Source of the DNA: Felis catus
Taxonomy: Eukaryota
Length of the DNA stretch: 64,000 nt
Direction: 5' to 3'
NCBI RefSeq assembly: GCF_018350175.1
Contig: NC_058382.1
Location: 23,002,001 to 23,066,000 of the forward strand
Shown: positions 10,746 to 22,882 of the stretch, piece by piece
How the letters are laid out: every line of letters starts with the position of its first letter
How positions within the stretch are numbered: the first letter of the stretch is position 1
Notes under the pieces: model-generated
Databases searched by the model: none
The model's input: only the letters and a program-made list of their open reading frames with translations
What the model was told of the DNA's origin: nothing
Position numbers and translations under genes: made by a program

Positions 10746-11544
10746 TAAAGTGACCACTGTCCCTGGGAGTAGTTGTATCACTTGAGAAATGCATCTCTTA
10801 ATGATGGAATCCCAGACAGTAGGGATGGGGTACGGGCTTCTCCCAGTGCCCCAAATCCTCCTGGTGGATGGTGGATGCACTGATGATTTTGCCCCCTTGA
10901 ATGTGGAGATAAGTGGACTTTCTTTCTTGCTCTCTTGAGGTTGAGGTGGGGGGGGCACATAGTCTGAGTAGGAGTAATTGGAGATAATGTAGCTGTTTAC
11001 ATAGTAAGTGCCATTGTTGCTTTATTTTGTGCTACATTTTGCCCTAACTCTAGAAAACATAGCGCTAAAAAAAGAAAAAAACAAAAACCAAAAAACGCAG
11101 ACATTACAATTTTCCTTACATCTTGGGTTTTTGCTAAAGATTAAAAAAGCTACTTCTATAATTTATTCCTGAAACTGCTTTGGAAATGCCATCATCAAGA
11201 CCAAAATGCACCAGGCAATAGTTAGAAAAGCAAATAATACTCTCTCCTCATTTGCTTAAAACCGTCACAGCATCGTGCAATCTGTGAATAGCACCCAGCC
11301 TATCCCCTGAGTCTTGTGTGCATTTGGGAAATTAATTATGACTCTCTTATAAACGTCATAGAAATGATGCACATGGCCATCAGTTTGCTCCATTTCTGCA
11401 GGCTGCAGCTATTAAGGCTGCAAGTGGCTCTGTGAGCCTTCGCCAGGCTGTGTGTGCTGGCAAAGGAGTTCTGGGCAGGGAGGGGAAGGAGCAGGAGGCA
11501 GGACAGAGACAGTTCTCAGAGGAAGGCTCTAGAAGTCCTTGTGA

Positions 11545-11710
11545 GCTCCAGGCTCTGCACCTCTTGTGATGGGGCAGGTCTCTCCATCTGCCTGAGCCTC
11601 CGTTGCCTCATCTGTAAAGCAGGCACCATAACAGTACCTGGCAGAGCTGTTGGAGGGCCAAGCGGGGAGGGTCAGGGAGGGACTCAGCAGAGCACTCAGC
11701 ATGTGTCACT
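11545..11710 (+). mobile_element. MIR
   Basis: CTGAGCCTCCGTTGCCTCATCTGTAAAG core. Confidence 0.55.
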
Positions 11711-12024
11711 GCTGTGTCTGGCCCTGAAGGCAGGAGTCCCTGGAAAAGCAGTGAGAGAAGAAGTAGGGGCCGGTGGGGGGGATGTTAGCAGGCCCTGACC
11801 CCAGGGAGCCTCCTAGCTCACAGCCCATGCAAGAGAGGCTGGCCTCTGCCTCCACCTCAGGTGACACCATGTGTGGACTTTCCCATCTCAGACCCCTTCT
11901 CTGTGCTGACTCCACTCTCTGGGCTGTCTTTCTCTCTGGCAAACTGCCTCCACCTGTCAAAATCCTACAAGCTCAAACACCATCTTCCAAGAGGCAGCAG
12001 GGCATGGAAGGTAGAACAGGCTCC

Positions 12025-12225
12025 CAGCCTGAATGCCTGGGTCCAAATCCAGATTCCACCACTCACTGGCTGCGTGACCTTGGACAAGTCACTTACCTTC
12101 TCTTTTTTTTCTCGTTTTCTTATCCATAAAATGATGATAATAGTACCTACCTCCTAGGGTTGTTGTTGGCCTGAAAGAGTTAACACACGGAATGCGCTTA
12201 GAACAGTGTCTGACACTGTTAACAA
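12025..12225 (+). mobile_element. MIR
   Basis: GGGTCCAAATCC...CTGCGTGACCTTGGACAAGTCACTTACC...ATAAAATGATGATAATAGTACCTACCTCCTAGGGTTGTTG...TTAGAACAGTGTCTGACAC. Confidence 0.8.
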
Positions 12226-12799
12226 TAATACATTTTGGAAAATGCCTTTGACCCATTAAAGACTTAGTTTCTCCTCTTCTAGCATGGTCATCACTGCATC
12301 CACCCTCCCTCCAAAAGATCTAGCAAAGAGCCTTGCCCATCGTACATGCTCAATACTCACTGAAAAATGAAAGGAAGTTAGGGAGATTGTGGGTCAGAGA
12401 TGCTGATCCTTCTCTCCTTCCTTCCTCTCCCCTCCCTTCCAGCACATATCCCCTCATGCCAGCAAGGCTCTCTGGGTAGCTGAGCCTTTCATGGAGCTGA
12501 CTCAGACAGCAGGTGGGCAGGTGCCCCGGGCCCAGGGCTGCAAGGAGGCTGTGCCAATGTTCAGCTCCTTCTCTGGGCTACTCCTCCACCCTATTAGCCA
12601 TTCCTGATTGGCAGAGTGTTTCCTCCCGAGGCCCTGGGGCCACCTGCCCTTTGTTCTGTCCTTCCTCTCTGTGCCAGGGAATGAAGGCCACTGTGAAAAA
12701 GCAGGGAGGCCACATGGTCACTGAGTGTCGAGTGCACAATGTATGTGAGCTGACCAGGGCAAGGGCACTCAAAACACCAGCAGAGTCTCTCCTCAGTGT

Positions 12800-13120
12800 T
12801 CTATGTTGTTTATGCCTCAGGGCCTTTGCACTTGCTGTTTCTGTCCCTGGAATAGTCCATCCCCAGAACTTCCTGAGACTGGCTCCTCCTCAACTTTTAC
12901 ATACCTCCTCATGTATCATGTCTCCAAGAGGCTCTTCCTGACCACTGTGACCAAAGCACAGTCCCTCCCCCCCACCCAAGCCCTTTCCACTGACTACTGT
13001 GTATTTACTTGCTCACTTGTTCTCTCTCTGCTCCCCTGGAACAAGCAGTAACTTTGGAAGTTTGTCCTCTGTCTGGCTGCAGCGTGTGGTAGATGTTGCT
13101 TTCATTAATGAACTAACTAA
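12800..13120 (+). mobile_element. L2 3' fragment
   Basis: GCCTCAGGGCCTTTGCACTTGCTGTTTCTGTCCCTGGAAT hallmark; ends TTCATTAATGAA. Confidence 0.65.
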
Positions 13121-14085
13121 CAAAAGCAGGATGAAGTGCCCTGGGAACCTGTTGACCAAGCTGGTGAGCCCCCCGTGGGTCTGTGCCACCAAAGCCCCAG
13201 CCCATCTGAGCCCTGATGCTCACCACCCAGGCTGGGGTGGCTGGCCCATTGTGCACCCACAGCTGGTCAAGCCTCAGGGCCCTGCCCATTTCACACTGCG
13301 GGCTGAAGTTGCCTCCTCCCAGCCCCTCCTGGGTGCCTGAGAGAGTGAGAGGCTCAGGCCAGGCCTCTGCCAGGGTGGGTGGGGTGCAGCTGGGATGTGT
13401 GAGGACCAGGCAGGACAAGGCAGGGGTCCCCTGGCCTCCACCCTCTTCCACATGGTCAAAGGCACTGATGGGCCTTGTTCTCCAGGGAGCTGGGTTTGTA
13501 AGATGAGGGTCTCCTTTCATGCCCAGACTCTTCCCAGAGGAAGTCTGGGGGGTGGTGTGGTGTGTGCAGAGGTGGGGGACAGGAAGTCTGGGGGATGCAC
13601 TAGGGGCTTTCTGACAGTGCTGAGAAGGCAAGCCACGGCCTGGGGATGGAAGGGTCTGGTGCCTGCAGCTCTGCTGGTCTGCCCAGAGGGAGTTACACCC
13701 TGAGAGGGGAAAATGGCTAGTGCCACTACTCCCAGGGGGATGGGGAGGGGGCATAGGTGGCAGAGTCTTTGATGACAGGTTCCTGAAAGCCTCGTTCCCT
13801 CAGCAGGACCCTCTCTAAATGTTCAGATGTGCCTGGTCCTGCCTTCAGACTTTTGCTCGCTGGCTCCCAGGCCTGCCCCCTACACTGTCACATCACTGCA
13901 GCAGGCCTTTTCATCCTTCAGAGGCAGTTCCAGACTCTGCCCTCTGTGAATCCTTCCCTGTGACTCCAGTCCTCAGTGTCTGCCCCCCTGCTGTTCCAGG
14001 GAGCCAGTGGATGGCCAGGCCACACAATGGCAGACAGGCAGGCTGCCCGGGTATGCCAGGCAATACTGGAGAATGTGGCCAAGGG

Positions 14086-14290
14086 CAGGGTTTCTTGACT
14101 TCAGCACTCCTGGCATTCGGGGCTGGATCAGTCTTTGCTCTCAGTGTCCTGTGCATGGCAGGATGTTCACCAGTGCCTGGTCTCTACCCACTAGATGCCA
14201 GTAGCACCCCCAGTTCTGTCAACCAAGAATGTCTCTACACATTATCAAGTGTCCCTTGAGGGCAGAATTGCCCTTGCCAGAGAACTGCTG
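14086..14290 (+). mobile_element. MER20 (hAT-Charlie)
   Basis: CAGGGTTTCTTGAC start, TGTCCTGTGCATGGCAGGATGTTCACCAG...CTACCCACTAGATGCCAGTAGCACCCC core, AATGTCTCTACACATT, GAGAACTGCTG end. Confidence 0.85.
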
Positions 14291-14314
14291 AGAATACAAG
14301 GAACAGGAGTCTAG

Positions 14315-14550
14315 AGGTGGTGATGTGTGCAGAGGTGGGGGGACAGGAAGGCTGGGGGTGGGAGTGATGTGTGCAGAGGTGGGGGGCAGAAAACCTGGGG
14401 GTGGGGATGGTGTGTGCAGAGGTGGGGGGACAGGAAGGGCTGGAGGTGGGGGGCAGAAAGCCTGGGTGTAGTGGTGGTGTATGCAGAGGTAGGGGGGCAG
14501 GAAGGCTGGGGTGGGGATGGGGGTGTGTGTACAGAGGTGGGGTTCAGGGT
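14315..14550 (+). repeat. G-rich minisatellite, unit about 43-44 bp, about 5 copies
   Basis: TGTGTGCAGAGGTGGGGG(G)ACAGGAAG... recurs at 14324, 14368, 14411, 14478 and 14526. Confidence 0.9.
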
Positions 14551-16654
14551 GTGCCTAGACTCTGTGGATTCTGGCTTTTCTGGAGAAGAGCTCCAAAGAG
14601 ATCAGAGTGACTGGAGCTCAGGGAGCAAGGGAGGCACAGTGAAGGCAGGGGTCTGTCTTTGTTTGGGCCAGATTCCCCTGACGTCCTGACCAGCAACCTC
14701 TGATAGCAGGTCAGGCCCTGTGGCTCTTCTTGATGCAGAGAGGAGAGTGCCCATGAGCTTCAAAGCATTTCTTTGGGGAGCAGAGTGGGGGTGATTAGGT
14801 GAGGGGGCTCAGCGGTGGGGAGACAGTGACCCAGACTCTGCAAAGAGTGGGTGGAGGGGCCTGGGAGGTCCCTCAGACAGCCAGGCTGCATCAGACGGCA
14901 GAGGGCCATGACCCCCAGGGTTGAGGCACACGTAGAGTGGAGGATTCTAGGTAGAGCAGCGAGCACCTGTTATTCCCTGTGAGACAGGCACGGGCCACAT
15001 GGAGGGTGGCTGGGGGACAGGGAGATCAGAAGGAGGCACTGGCCAGGCAAGAGAGGGAAGGGCCTGTGCGCTCCTCTGGGTCTGGGCTTCCCAGGTGTGC
15101 TTACCCACTAGAGAAGCTAGAGTGGAGACCTCTCCCTGCCCTTGCTCTAGCTCCCAGCTCCGAATCATGGCTGCCATCTGCCAGCCTCTGACAAACGAGC
15201 CTGATTCCCAACAAGCCTCCAGTAAGACCAGTTAGGAGCCCCCCCCCCCCAACACATGGCTGTGCCTGACACCTCACTCCTCAGGCCTGGCATGGCACAG
15301 CCCTCTTCCAGCCCAATCAAAGTGCCAGCCCCAGGATCCACTGCTTGGCCTGGGGTGGGGGCTGGGGTGGGGACTGGCCAGAATATCTTGACTTGAGGGT
15401 CTAGCCAAGGTCCGTGGGCCATCAAGCCTGCCTCAGGGGTCACAGCCGGGTGGCGCAGGGGTGGCGCATCTCTTCTGTGTCTGGGTGGTTCCGCAGGTGT
15501 GTGTGAGGCCCAGGTGCCAATGCCTCCTCTCATCTCTAAGACACCATCTTTCCGTGACCATTCTTTGAGGAGTATTTGCCACAGTAGCCACATTTCTGGA
15601 AATTAAGAGCCTGTGATATATGCCTATTTCTCTAGTGATGTCACCATAAATAGCCTACAGCCCTCCTCTAGGGGCACTGCTAACACGACTGTCATCGCAG
15701 ACTTTTGTCAAGTATGCAGACCTCACTGCTCCCTACTGTCAACACGATAGCACCCTGCAGCCATCATTTACAGAGCTTGACCAACCTCTGGGAGGGCACT
15801 GGAGTCTGAGATCTTTCTAAGCCTAGATGTTCTTCCATTCAAAGGAAAGAGTAATATCTTTTCACAGGATTTTTGATTGGGGTAATATATTTTGAACCTT
15901 ATTCTGAATATACACTTTGCAACAATTAACCTTCTTCTTCTTAAAATATATGTGCACATATGATGCCATATATATATGGTGTCACTCCTCTCAAAAGCAT
16001 TTTTCAGGTGGCAGGAAGTCTCTGTGAAGAGCCAGAGGTCCAGGCCTGGAAGGAGGGAGTGGGGTTCCAGGCACAGACACGCTTCTGATTTGCAGGGCGA
16101 CCCTCTAGCTGACTTTCCCCGCTGCGCTTCTCAGGGGCAGGTTGTCCCAGCTTCTTGTGGCTAGATTGGCTTCCTGTGACTGTGTTCCGTCCTGCAGTGT
16201 CTGAAGCAGTCGCAGTGCAGGTTTGTCCAAAAGCTGAGATGTGCCTCCTGAGTGGACGTCGGTGCCCTACCCTCATTGTAGGTAACCAGGGTGACCATGT
16301 TCCCAAGGCCCACCACCTTGGAGGAGGGGGAGGCAGAGAGGCTTAGCACTGAAGAGAGGTCTGGGGCAGGGGCTTATCAGACGCTAGGGCCATGCCCACT
16401 TCCCACAGTTGGGCAAAGTGGGATGATGATGGCTCAGTCCTCAGAATAGGTGAGGCCCGAGGTTGGTCACACAGGACACACACCTGGGCAGGATCTTGGC
16501 CGCAGAGGGGCTGGGAGGGTGCTGCTGGCGATGATCGTGGCCACGTCCCATCAGGTGGGGGAGAGTGGGCCCATGTGCGGGGACACAAGGAAAGGGAAGG
16601 ACAGGCACACTGGCCAGGAGGAGGTTGTGTGGTGCAGGGAGGGGAGTTCGCTCT

Positions 16655-16820
16655 TGGGGCTGAGTTCAAATGTTGGCCCTGTCACCTGTCAGCTGTGTGA
16701 GCCTGGCTCAGGTGTGCATCTCTTGGAGGCCCTGTTAAATGGGGGTCATGAAAGTGTCTGCTCCTGCGGTATTGAAAGATTAACTTAGAAAACAAGGGTA
16801 AAAGTAAGCACCTAGCAAGG
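16655..16820 (+). mobile_element. MIR
   Basis: CTGAGTTCAAATGTTGGCCCTGTCACCTGTCAGCTGTGTGAGCCTGG...TGTTAAATGGGGG. Confidence 0.6.
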
Positions 16821-17212
16821 CCTCCTCGTGTTAGCAGAGGAGGAGGGAGCGGGAGGCCTTGCAGGCTTCCTGGGAGACAGACTGCAGGGGAGCAGGTGAA
16901 GGATGTAATGGAACGATGCTCCAGGCAGGTGGCTGGGGTGCAGACAGCATGCAGTGTGAGTGAGCTTCCTCAGGTGTGTGTCACTTCCAGAGCAGACTGG
17001 CAGTGGTGCCAGCCCCAGACCAGCTGTCCCCTTCTCAAGCCATGGGGTCATGAGGCTGGGGTCCCTGTAAACACTGGGGAGCCCTGTGGCAGACCTGTTG
17101 GGGCTGTGTGCATGAGGTCCATGAGGCGTCTGCTTCTGGAGCTCAGAATCATGCATGAGACCACGATAAAAAGTGGTCTCCACACCATAAAAAGTCACAT
17201 AACAGGGGCAGT

Positions 17213-17214
<2 letters not shown>

Positions 17215-17258
<44 letters not shown>
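17215..17258 (+). repeat. (GT)n microsatellite, about 22 units
   Basis: Uninterrupted GT repeat seen directly. Confidence 0.98.
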
Positions 17259-17262
<4 letters not shown>

Positions 17263-17316
17263 ACCCAATCCTAAAAAGTTGGAAACTAATTCCAATATTT
17301 AAGAATATAATACGCA

Positions 17317-17522
17317 GGGGGCACCTGGGTGGCCCAGTCGGTTAAGTGTCCGACTGTTGATTTCGGCTCAGGTCATGATCTCGCGGTTCATGAGTTCAAG
17401 CCCCCCACTGGGCTCTGTGCTGGTGGTGAGGAGCCTGCTTAGGATTCTCTCTCTCTTCCCACCCCCCTTCTGCCCCTCCCCTGCTTGCACTCTCTCTCTC
17501 AGGATAAATAAATAAAGTTAAA
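17317..17522 (+). mobile_element. Can-SINE (SINEC_Fc2-like)
   Basis: GGGGCACCTGGGTGGCCCAGTCGGTTAAG head, GAGTTCAAGCCC B box, CT tract, AATAAATAAA tail; degenerate TSD ATAATACGCAGG / ACAATACACAGG. Confidence 0.92.
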
Positions 17523-18994
17523 TTACAATACACAGGACAAAACCCCTCCTTGGGCTGGATCTGGATCAGCACTGCTGGTCTGTGACCCCTGGCCTAGAAG
17601 AACGTAGGGCTAATTGTGGGCAGGGTGGCAGCAGGGCCCATGGGCCAGTCTGAAAGTCTTCCTGTGGAAGTGCCTTCCTGGCTCTGCAGCTATGAGGATG
17701 GTGTGTGCCCCTGGAGACAGGTTGCTGGAAAGGCCTGGGGCAGTAGGACCTCTCCTGTGGGGATCAGCTTGGGCCCTGTCTGGCTGGCCCTGCAAGGATC
17801 GGTTCCCTCATCACTCCATCAAGGGATGGGGGTTGACACGCCCTGGTCCAGGAGGCTAAGCTGTGGCCAGGGCCTCGAGGAGACCTCTATGAGTGGCCAC
17901 TGCTGTCTGAACAGGTGACCCCTCAATTCCCAGTCCTGTTCTTGCACTACTCAGGGGTCCTCCCATCCACACTGATTTCAGTTGCTGCTCTGATCAGCCC
18001 CAGCAAAGTGCCAGGATGTCACATCTCTGCCTTCCCCGGAAACTTTAAAAAGTAGAGTCAAAAGGAACTGCTTAACCCAACAGAGTAGCTCTCTAGCGGT
18101 GCTTTTCCAGGCCTTCAGCTACATATTGCATTTCCCACCCGTCCTTGGATGTGCTAGCTGCTGGGTCAGCCAGAACTCTGCCTCTTGCCCTGCCCACCTC
18201 AGAGGGAGGCCACCAGGAGAGCTCTGTCCTCCCCAGAACCCAGATCTGAGGACAGGTATGCCAGCCACACCCTGCACCTTTCCTTTCTCTGATGTCTCAT
18301 TCCTGGCCACAAAGTCCGAGTTTGAGGGGGCCAGAGTGCCCCTGCCTCCCTTCACGAGTGGGAGAAAGGCTTCCTGCTTCCATCCTCTGGGCAAATCAAG
18401 CACTTATGGAGGGAGTGGGAAGAACCAGAAATGTCATGATTTGATAAAAAAAAAAAAACTGGTTAAAAAAAATAAAGGCAGGGTGAAGGGGAGCAGTGGC
18501 CCCTGTGATGGAGAAAGCCAGTGTCTGTGGGTTGTTTTGTGCTTTTGGAGCATGCAAGCAGAGAACAAAATCTGCACATTATAGGATGGAAATTCTATCC
18601 GTTTGAGAGGAAAGAGCCCAGATGTTGGGAGACTAAGTGGTGGTTTTTATATGAGGGATAGAAAAGCATGCGGCTGATATTCATAATTGCCCAGCACTGG
18701 GGGTCCTGAGTTATGGGCTGGCCAGTGCCCCAAGCCCTAGCTCTCCGGCGCACAGCCTCCTCCGTCATGGCCCCACTGGCCTCTCTTTCTCTGAGCTTGA
18801 CTGCACGTCTAGCACCAACCTCTGCTACAGAGGTTTATAACTCAGTCATAAAAACTGGCTCCAGGGCTGAGACTTGGCATATAAGGTCTCACTGTGATCA
18901 TGTCCACCCCCTCCATCTGGGGAAGTAAAGTGGATTTACTGGGCTGAAAAGACAGCTCATATGTTCTGAGTGGAGAAGAGAGTAAGGGGGTGGT

Positions 18995-19377
18995 GAGGTG
19001 TGTGTATTTGAGTGTATGCGTGTGTGCATGTATGAGTGCACGTATGTCTGCGCACACATGTGAGAGTGTGTGTCCATGTGTGAAAGCATGTGTGTGTGCT
19101 GGTGTGAGCATGTGTGTGTGAGTGTGTAGAGAAAGCATGTGTGCATGTGTGAGAGCATGCATTGGGTATGCACACATGTCAGCATGTGTATATGAACCTG
19201 TACATGCAAACACATATGCATATGAGTCTGTAAGCGTGTGCAAACGTGCACATGGGCACGTGTGTCAGAGTGCGCACGTGTGAGTATATGTGCATGCATT
19301 AGAGCATACATGTATGTGTGTGAGCATGTGGGCATGTGTGCATATGAGCATGTGGGACAGTGCATGTGCATGCATAT
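18995..19377 (+). repeat. Degenerate (TG/CA)-rich alternating purine-pyrimidine tract
   Basis: About 380 bp of GTGTGCATGTATG-type words. Confidence 0.9.
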
Positions 19378-21914
19378 TGGTGGGGCTATCAGAGTAGGGA
19401 TAGATTTGTAGTATTCCCATGGGTATTTCAGTTAAAAGGAAAAGGCACTAGCTCAGAGTCTTGGCTCTTTATTTGGGGAAGAGGAAGCACTGGCTCATGG
19501 GAACTGCCAGCTCCTGATGGGGACTTTAGAGTCAGAGTAAATGGGAGTTGAGGAACTAGGATAATAATAGCTTCCCAGGCCAAGCTGTCAGCACGTGCCA
19601 GGTGCTGTACTAAACTGTGCCTGAGATGGAAAATGTTGTCTGAAGTTTCCTGTGAGATCAGCCCCTAGCTCCCTGGCCCCAGGCCCCTCCCCCCTGTGCT
19701 GTTGGGCAGAAGGTGTCAGGGGGCAACCTGGGTACCCTAATGGTGGCAGAGCCCGATGCAAACAAGCTTAGGTGCAAGATCTGGGGGCTGCTCCCCTTCC
19801 CCTCCTCCTTCAGGCCTCCTGGCTCAGCTGTCTTAGTACACGATGCCTCTTGAGAACTCCTGGTCACAAGCTCGAAGGAGTGACCTGTCTTCTCTAATTC
19901 CAGTGGCAAAAGTCTTAGGGTGGGAGCCTGATTGGTTTGGCTCAGGTCACAGGGCTTCCAGGCATGCTGGCGAAAAGACCCAAAGTGAACCCCTTGTTTG
20001 GAGTGGCAGGTAACTTCCAGACCAAGGGAGCCGTGCAGGGCCAATGAGATGATATTTGCCTCCCCAGGTGTGTGCGTACCTTAGGAGTGTGCAGGCACAC
20101 AGAGCCATGTGTAGTCTTGGGCACACATGGCCATGGCTGCACACCCCTGACCGCCACACCCTGGCAGGGGGAGTCTGGCTGTCTCTGGCTTTGCACTAGC
20201 CAGGAAAGGCCGGATACATGATGGGAGGAGGGAGAGGCTGTGGGAGGTGCTGGGAAGAGAGGGTCCACGGGGTGGGGACACTAGACATTCCTTTGTGGAG
20301 AGAGAAACAAGGTCTGGAGTGGTGACGAATGGGTGGGGAGTGGAAGGCTCTGAGCTGGCCCAGCAGCCTAGCAGGCTACAATGGCCTCCAGTTCCACAGC
20401 CTCTCACGGGGCAGGGGATGTGCTTAAAAACTATGATTGTTTCCCAGGAATCAGCCACTGGTAGCAGGGAAGTGACTCAGTGTGGCCACAGATCTGATCT
20501 TGCTGTGCTTCTCTCTTGGCTAGGGGGTGAGGCCCAGAGAGGGTGAAAGCTGGGCTGAGGTCACACAGCCAGTGATGACCCAAGTGGGACTCAGAAAGTG
20601 GATGTTCTGACTTTACAGCCCATGTCTCTCTCCTCTGTGGTGGCTCAAGCTTCCCCCAAGTCTGGCTGACCTCAGAGACAGTCCTGTCCCCAGTGAGAGG
20701 ATTCCAGGCTGTGTTCCACAGCCCCCTCTGCTGCTCACCAGGGAGGGACAAAAATGTCACAGCAGGATGCCACTCACTGGCCCTTGCAGGGGCAGATGGA
20801 ACCTTGCTTCCTGTCTCCTCCTTTATTGGCTAGTGTGGGCTGGGCCTTTTACAAAGAAGTCTAGGAGAAGCTGCTCACCATGTGTCCCCTTTGTAACTGC
20901 AGAGCGCTGAATGTGCCCAAGGTCCTGAGATGTCCTGCAAGTCAGGGTCCAGCCAGAGCATGAGCCCAGGAGGCCAAGGGAGCAGCCCTGCTGCCCTGCC
21001 TCATGAGGGGTGTTCTCTGGCCCAGAGCTGGGTGCTCTGCCAGAGAGAGCAGGTGGCCAGGGCCCCACCTGGCCTTCCCCTGCCTGCCCCAGAACACGTG
21101 AGAGAGACAGAGAGAGGATAAAGGGCCATTAGAACCAAAAGGCCAAATGAAGGCTTACAGGGGTTTATCTACCTTTTAATGTAATTGTGGAACAAGAAGT
21201 TAAATGTTTACCGTTTGCAGGCTGAGCCAGGAGTAGAAATCCAATCAAACAAAAATGCCTCATTTTCTCTGACTCAGAGTCTCTTTCGTGAGGGTGACCA
21301 GCAGCCCCAGTTTTGGCTGCTTCCTGAGGCAGAGCTTAGAAAATCTAGCAGCAGGCCACATTTTGATGATTCAGCAAGTCCATACTAAGCTCCTACTGTA
21401 TATGAGACCCTGTACTGATCACAGTAGTTGGAGGAAGATCAGGGGAGGACCAGACACCCCCCCCTTTCCCCAAGGAAACCCTGTGGGGAGTCTTGGGGCT
21501 CCCAACTTTGCCTTCTCCATTTGTTGGGGTGAGGATCCCCTCTTTGGAGACCAGAGAAATCGGGAAAGCCTGCAAAGGAAGTTCAGGGTTGGGGAGGGCC
21601 AGATGCGGAGGAGGGCTCGTGTGCAGGTTTGGTCACTTGCTCCTTCAGAAGTGGTTTGCTCAAAGTTCCTGGCCCCTGACATGGAGGTTTTAGAGCCGTG
21701 AAAGGCCCAGTGCTTATGGCCTGGGGTCTCCCTGTCCAGCAGAGGAGATTTGAAAAAGTTCATGAACAATTTCATCATCTGCTGACAAATTAAACTCCAA
21801 GAAGACACCGAAGCCAAGTGACAGGGTACCAGCATCTGGCCAGGGGAAGATGGCCCTGAAAGTCCCCCAGTGGGTTAGTTGGAGAGTTAGAGTCTCTCTC
21901 TCTTTAGAGCCAAC

Positions 21915-22170
21915 ACGCCCGAAATCTAGTGACGGTGTCTTAAGAGGACAGGCAAGGCCATGTGAAGACAGGCAGACTGGGGTCATGCTGCCATGAGCCA
22001 GGCAACACCGAGCCAGCCCTCAGAAGCTGGAAGATGCAAGGAAAGATCCTCCCTACAGCCTTCAGAGGGAGGGCTGCCCTGCAAACACCTTGATTTTGGA
22101 CCTCTGGCCTTCAAAACTGCAAGAGAATAAATTTCTGTAGTTTAAAGCCACCAAGCAAGTGGTGTCTTAT
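21915..22170 (+). mobile_element. MLT1 (A/B/C-like) LTR, 3' part
   Basis: GGCCATGTGAAGACAGG...CAGAAGCTGGAAGATGCAAGGAAAGATCCTCCC...GCAAACACCTTGATTTTGGACCTCTGGCC...AGAATAAATTTCTGTAGTTTAAAGCCACC. Confidence 0.8.
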
Positions 22171-22882
22171 ACCTGCACAATCTCAGGAAATGGATGCACT
22201 CTATGTCCCCTATGGGGACTTATGAGGCATTACATGCACTGAAGGTCATGATTATTGGTCCCACCACAGCAAGGGCAGGGCCATTTAACCTCATGGTCAA
22301 CACTGATGGCTTGTGTGCAGGTGGTTTATTCTGGGGACGTGATCCTGCAGAGCAGGAGTGGCCCACTGACAAAGGTGAAGCCAGTGTGGACAACTGGCAC
22401 TCTCGTCTCCTGGGAGCCCTCTGAAGCCATGTGCTGAACACGTGTGCAAGAGGAGGGAAGAATTTATGTGCTGGCTCTCCTCTTCCATTGGTCAGGCGTT
22501 GCCAGGGGTGTTAGCTCCCCTGCACATCCTAGCGGGGGCATGCATCAGGGTGGCTGTGAGTTTTCCCAGGCGCTGCAGGGCACAGGAGCAGAAGGCCCCA
22601 GAACAGAGAGCAAGAGATGCAGAGGGCTTGGAGGCAGGTGCTGGCAGGCATTCCCGTCTGCGGCTGGCTGCTCCCACACTGGCTGAGGGAGGGGGGAGGG
22701 CCATATCCAACATGTCACGGTTGCCTGCACTTCTCGAAACCTGGAACTCTCTTCTTAGTAGCACACATTGACCTGTGGGGTCAGTGGAAAGTTCCACTGG
22801 GCCCTCTGGGAACCTGAGAACATGCATGACATTGCAAACATAGGCTTTGTTTGTGATACATGCATCACATCTCCATTTGCTC

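Noticed and set aside
13113-13754. Longest non-L1 ORF (213 aa, minus strand)
   Set aside because: No recognisable domain; the P/S/G/L-rich composition is what GC-rich non-coding DNA yields by chance.
17317-17400. tRNA-like A/B boxes here and at 10350-10422, 46172, 52520, 54278 and 62850-62925
   Set aside because: These are tRNA-derived Can-SINE heads with CT tracts, tails and TSDs, not tRNA genes.
18842-19371. Long ORFs (133, 157 and 72 aa) rich in His/Thr/Met
   Set aside because: They are translations of the TG/CA alternating tract, which lacks stops by composition.
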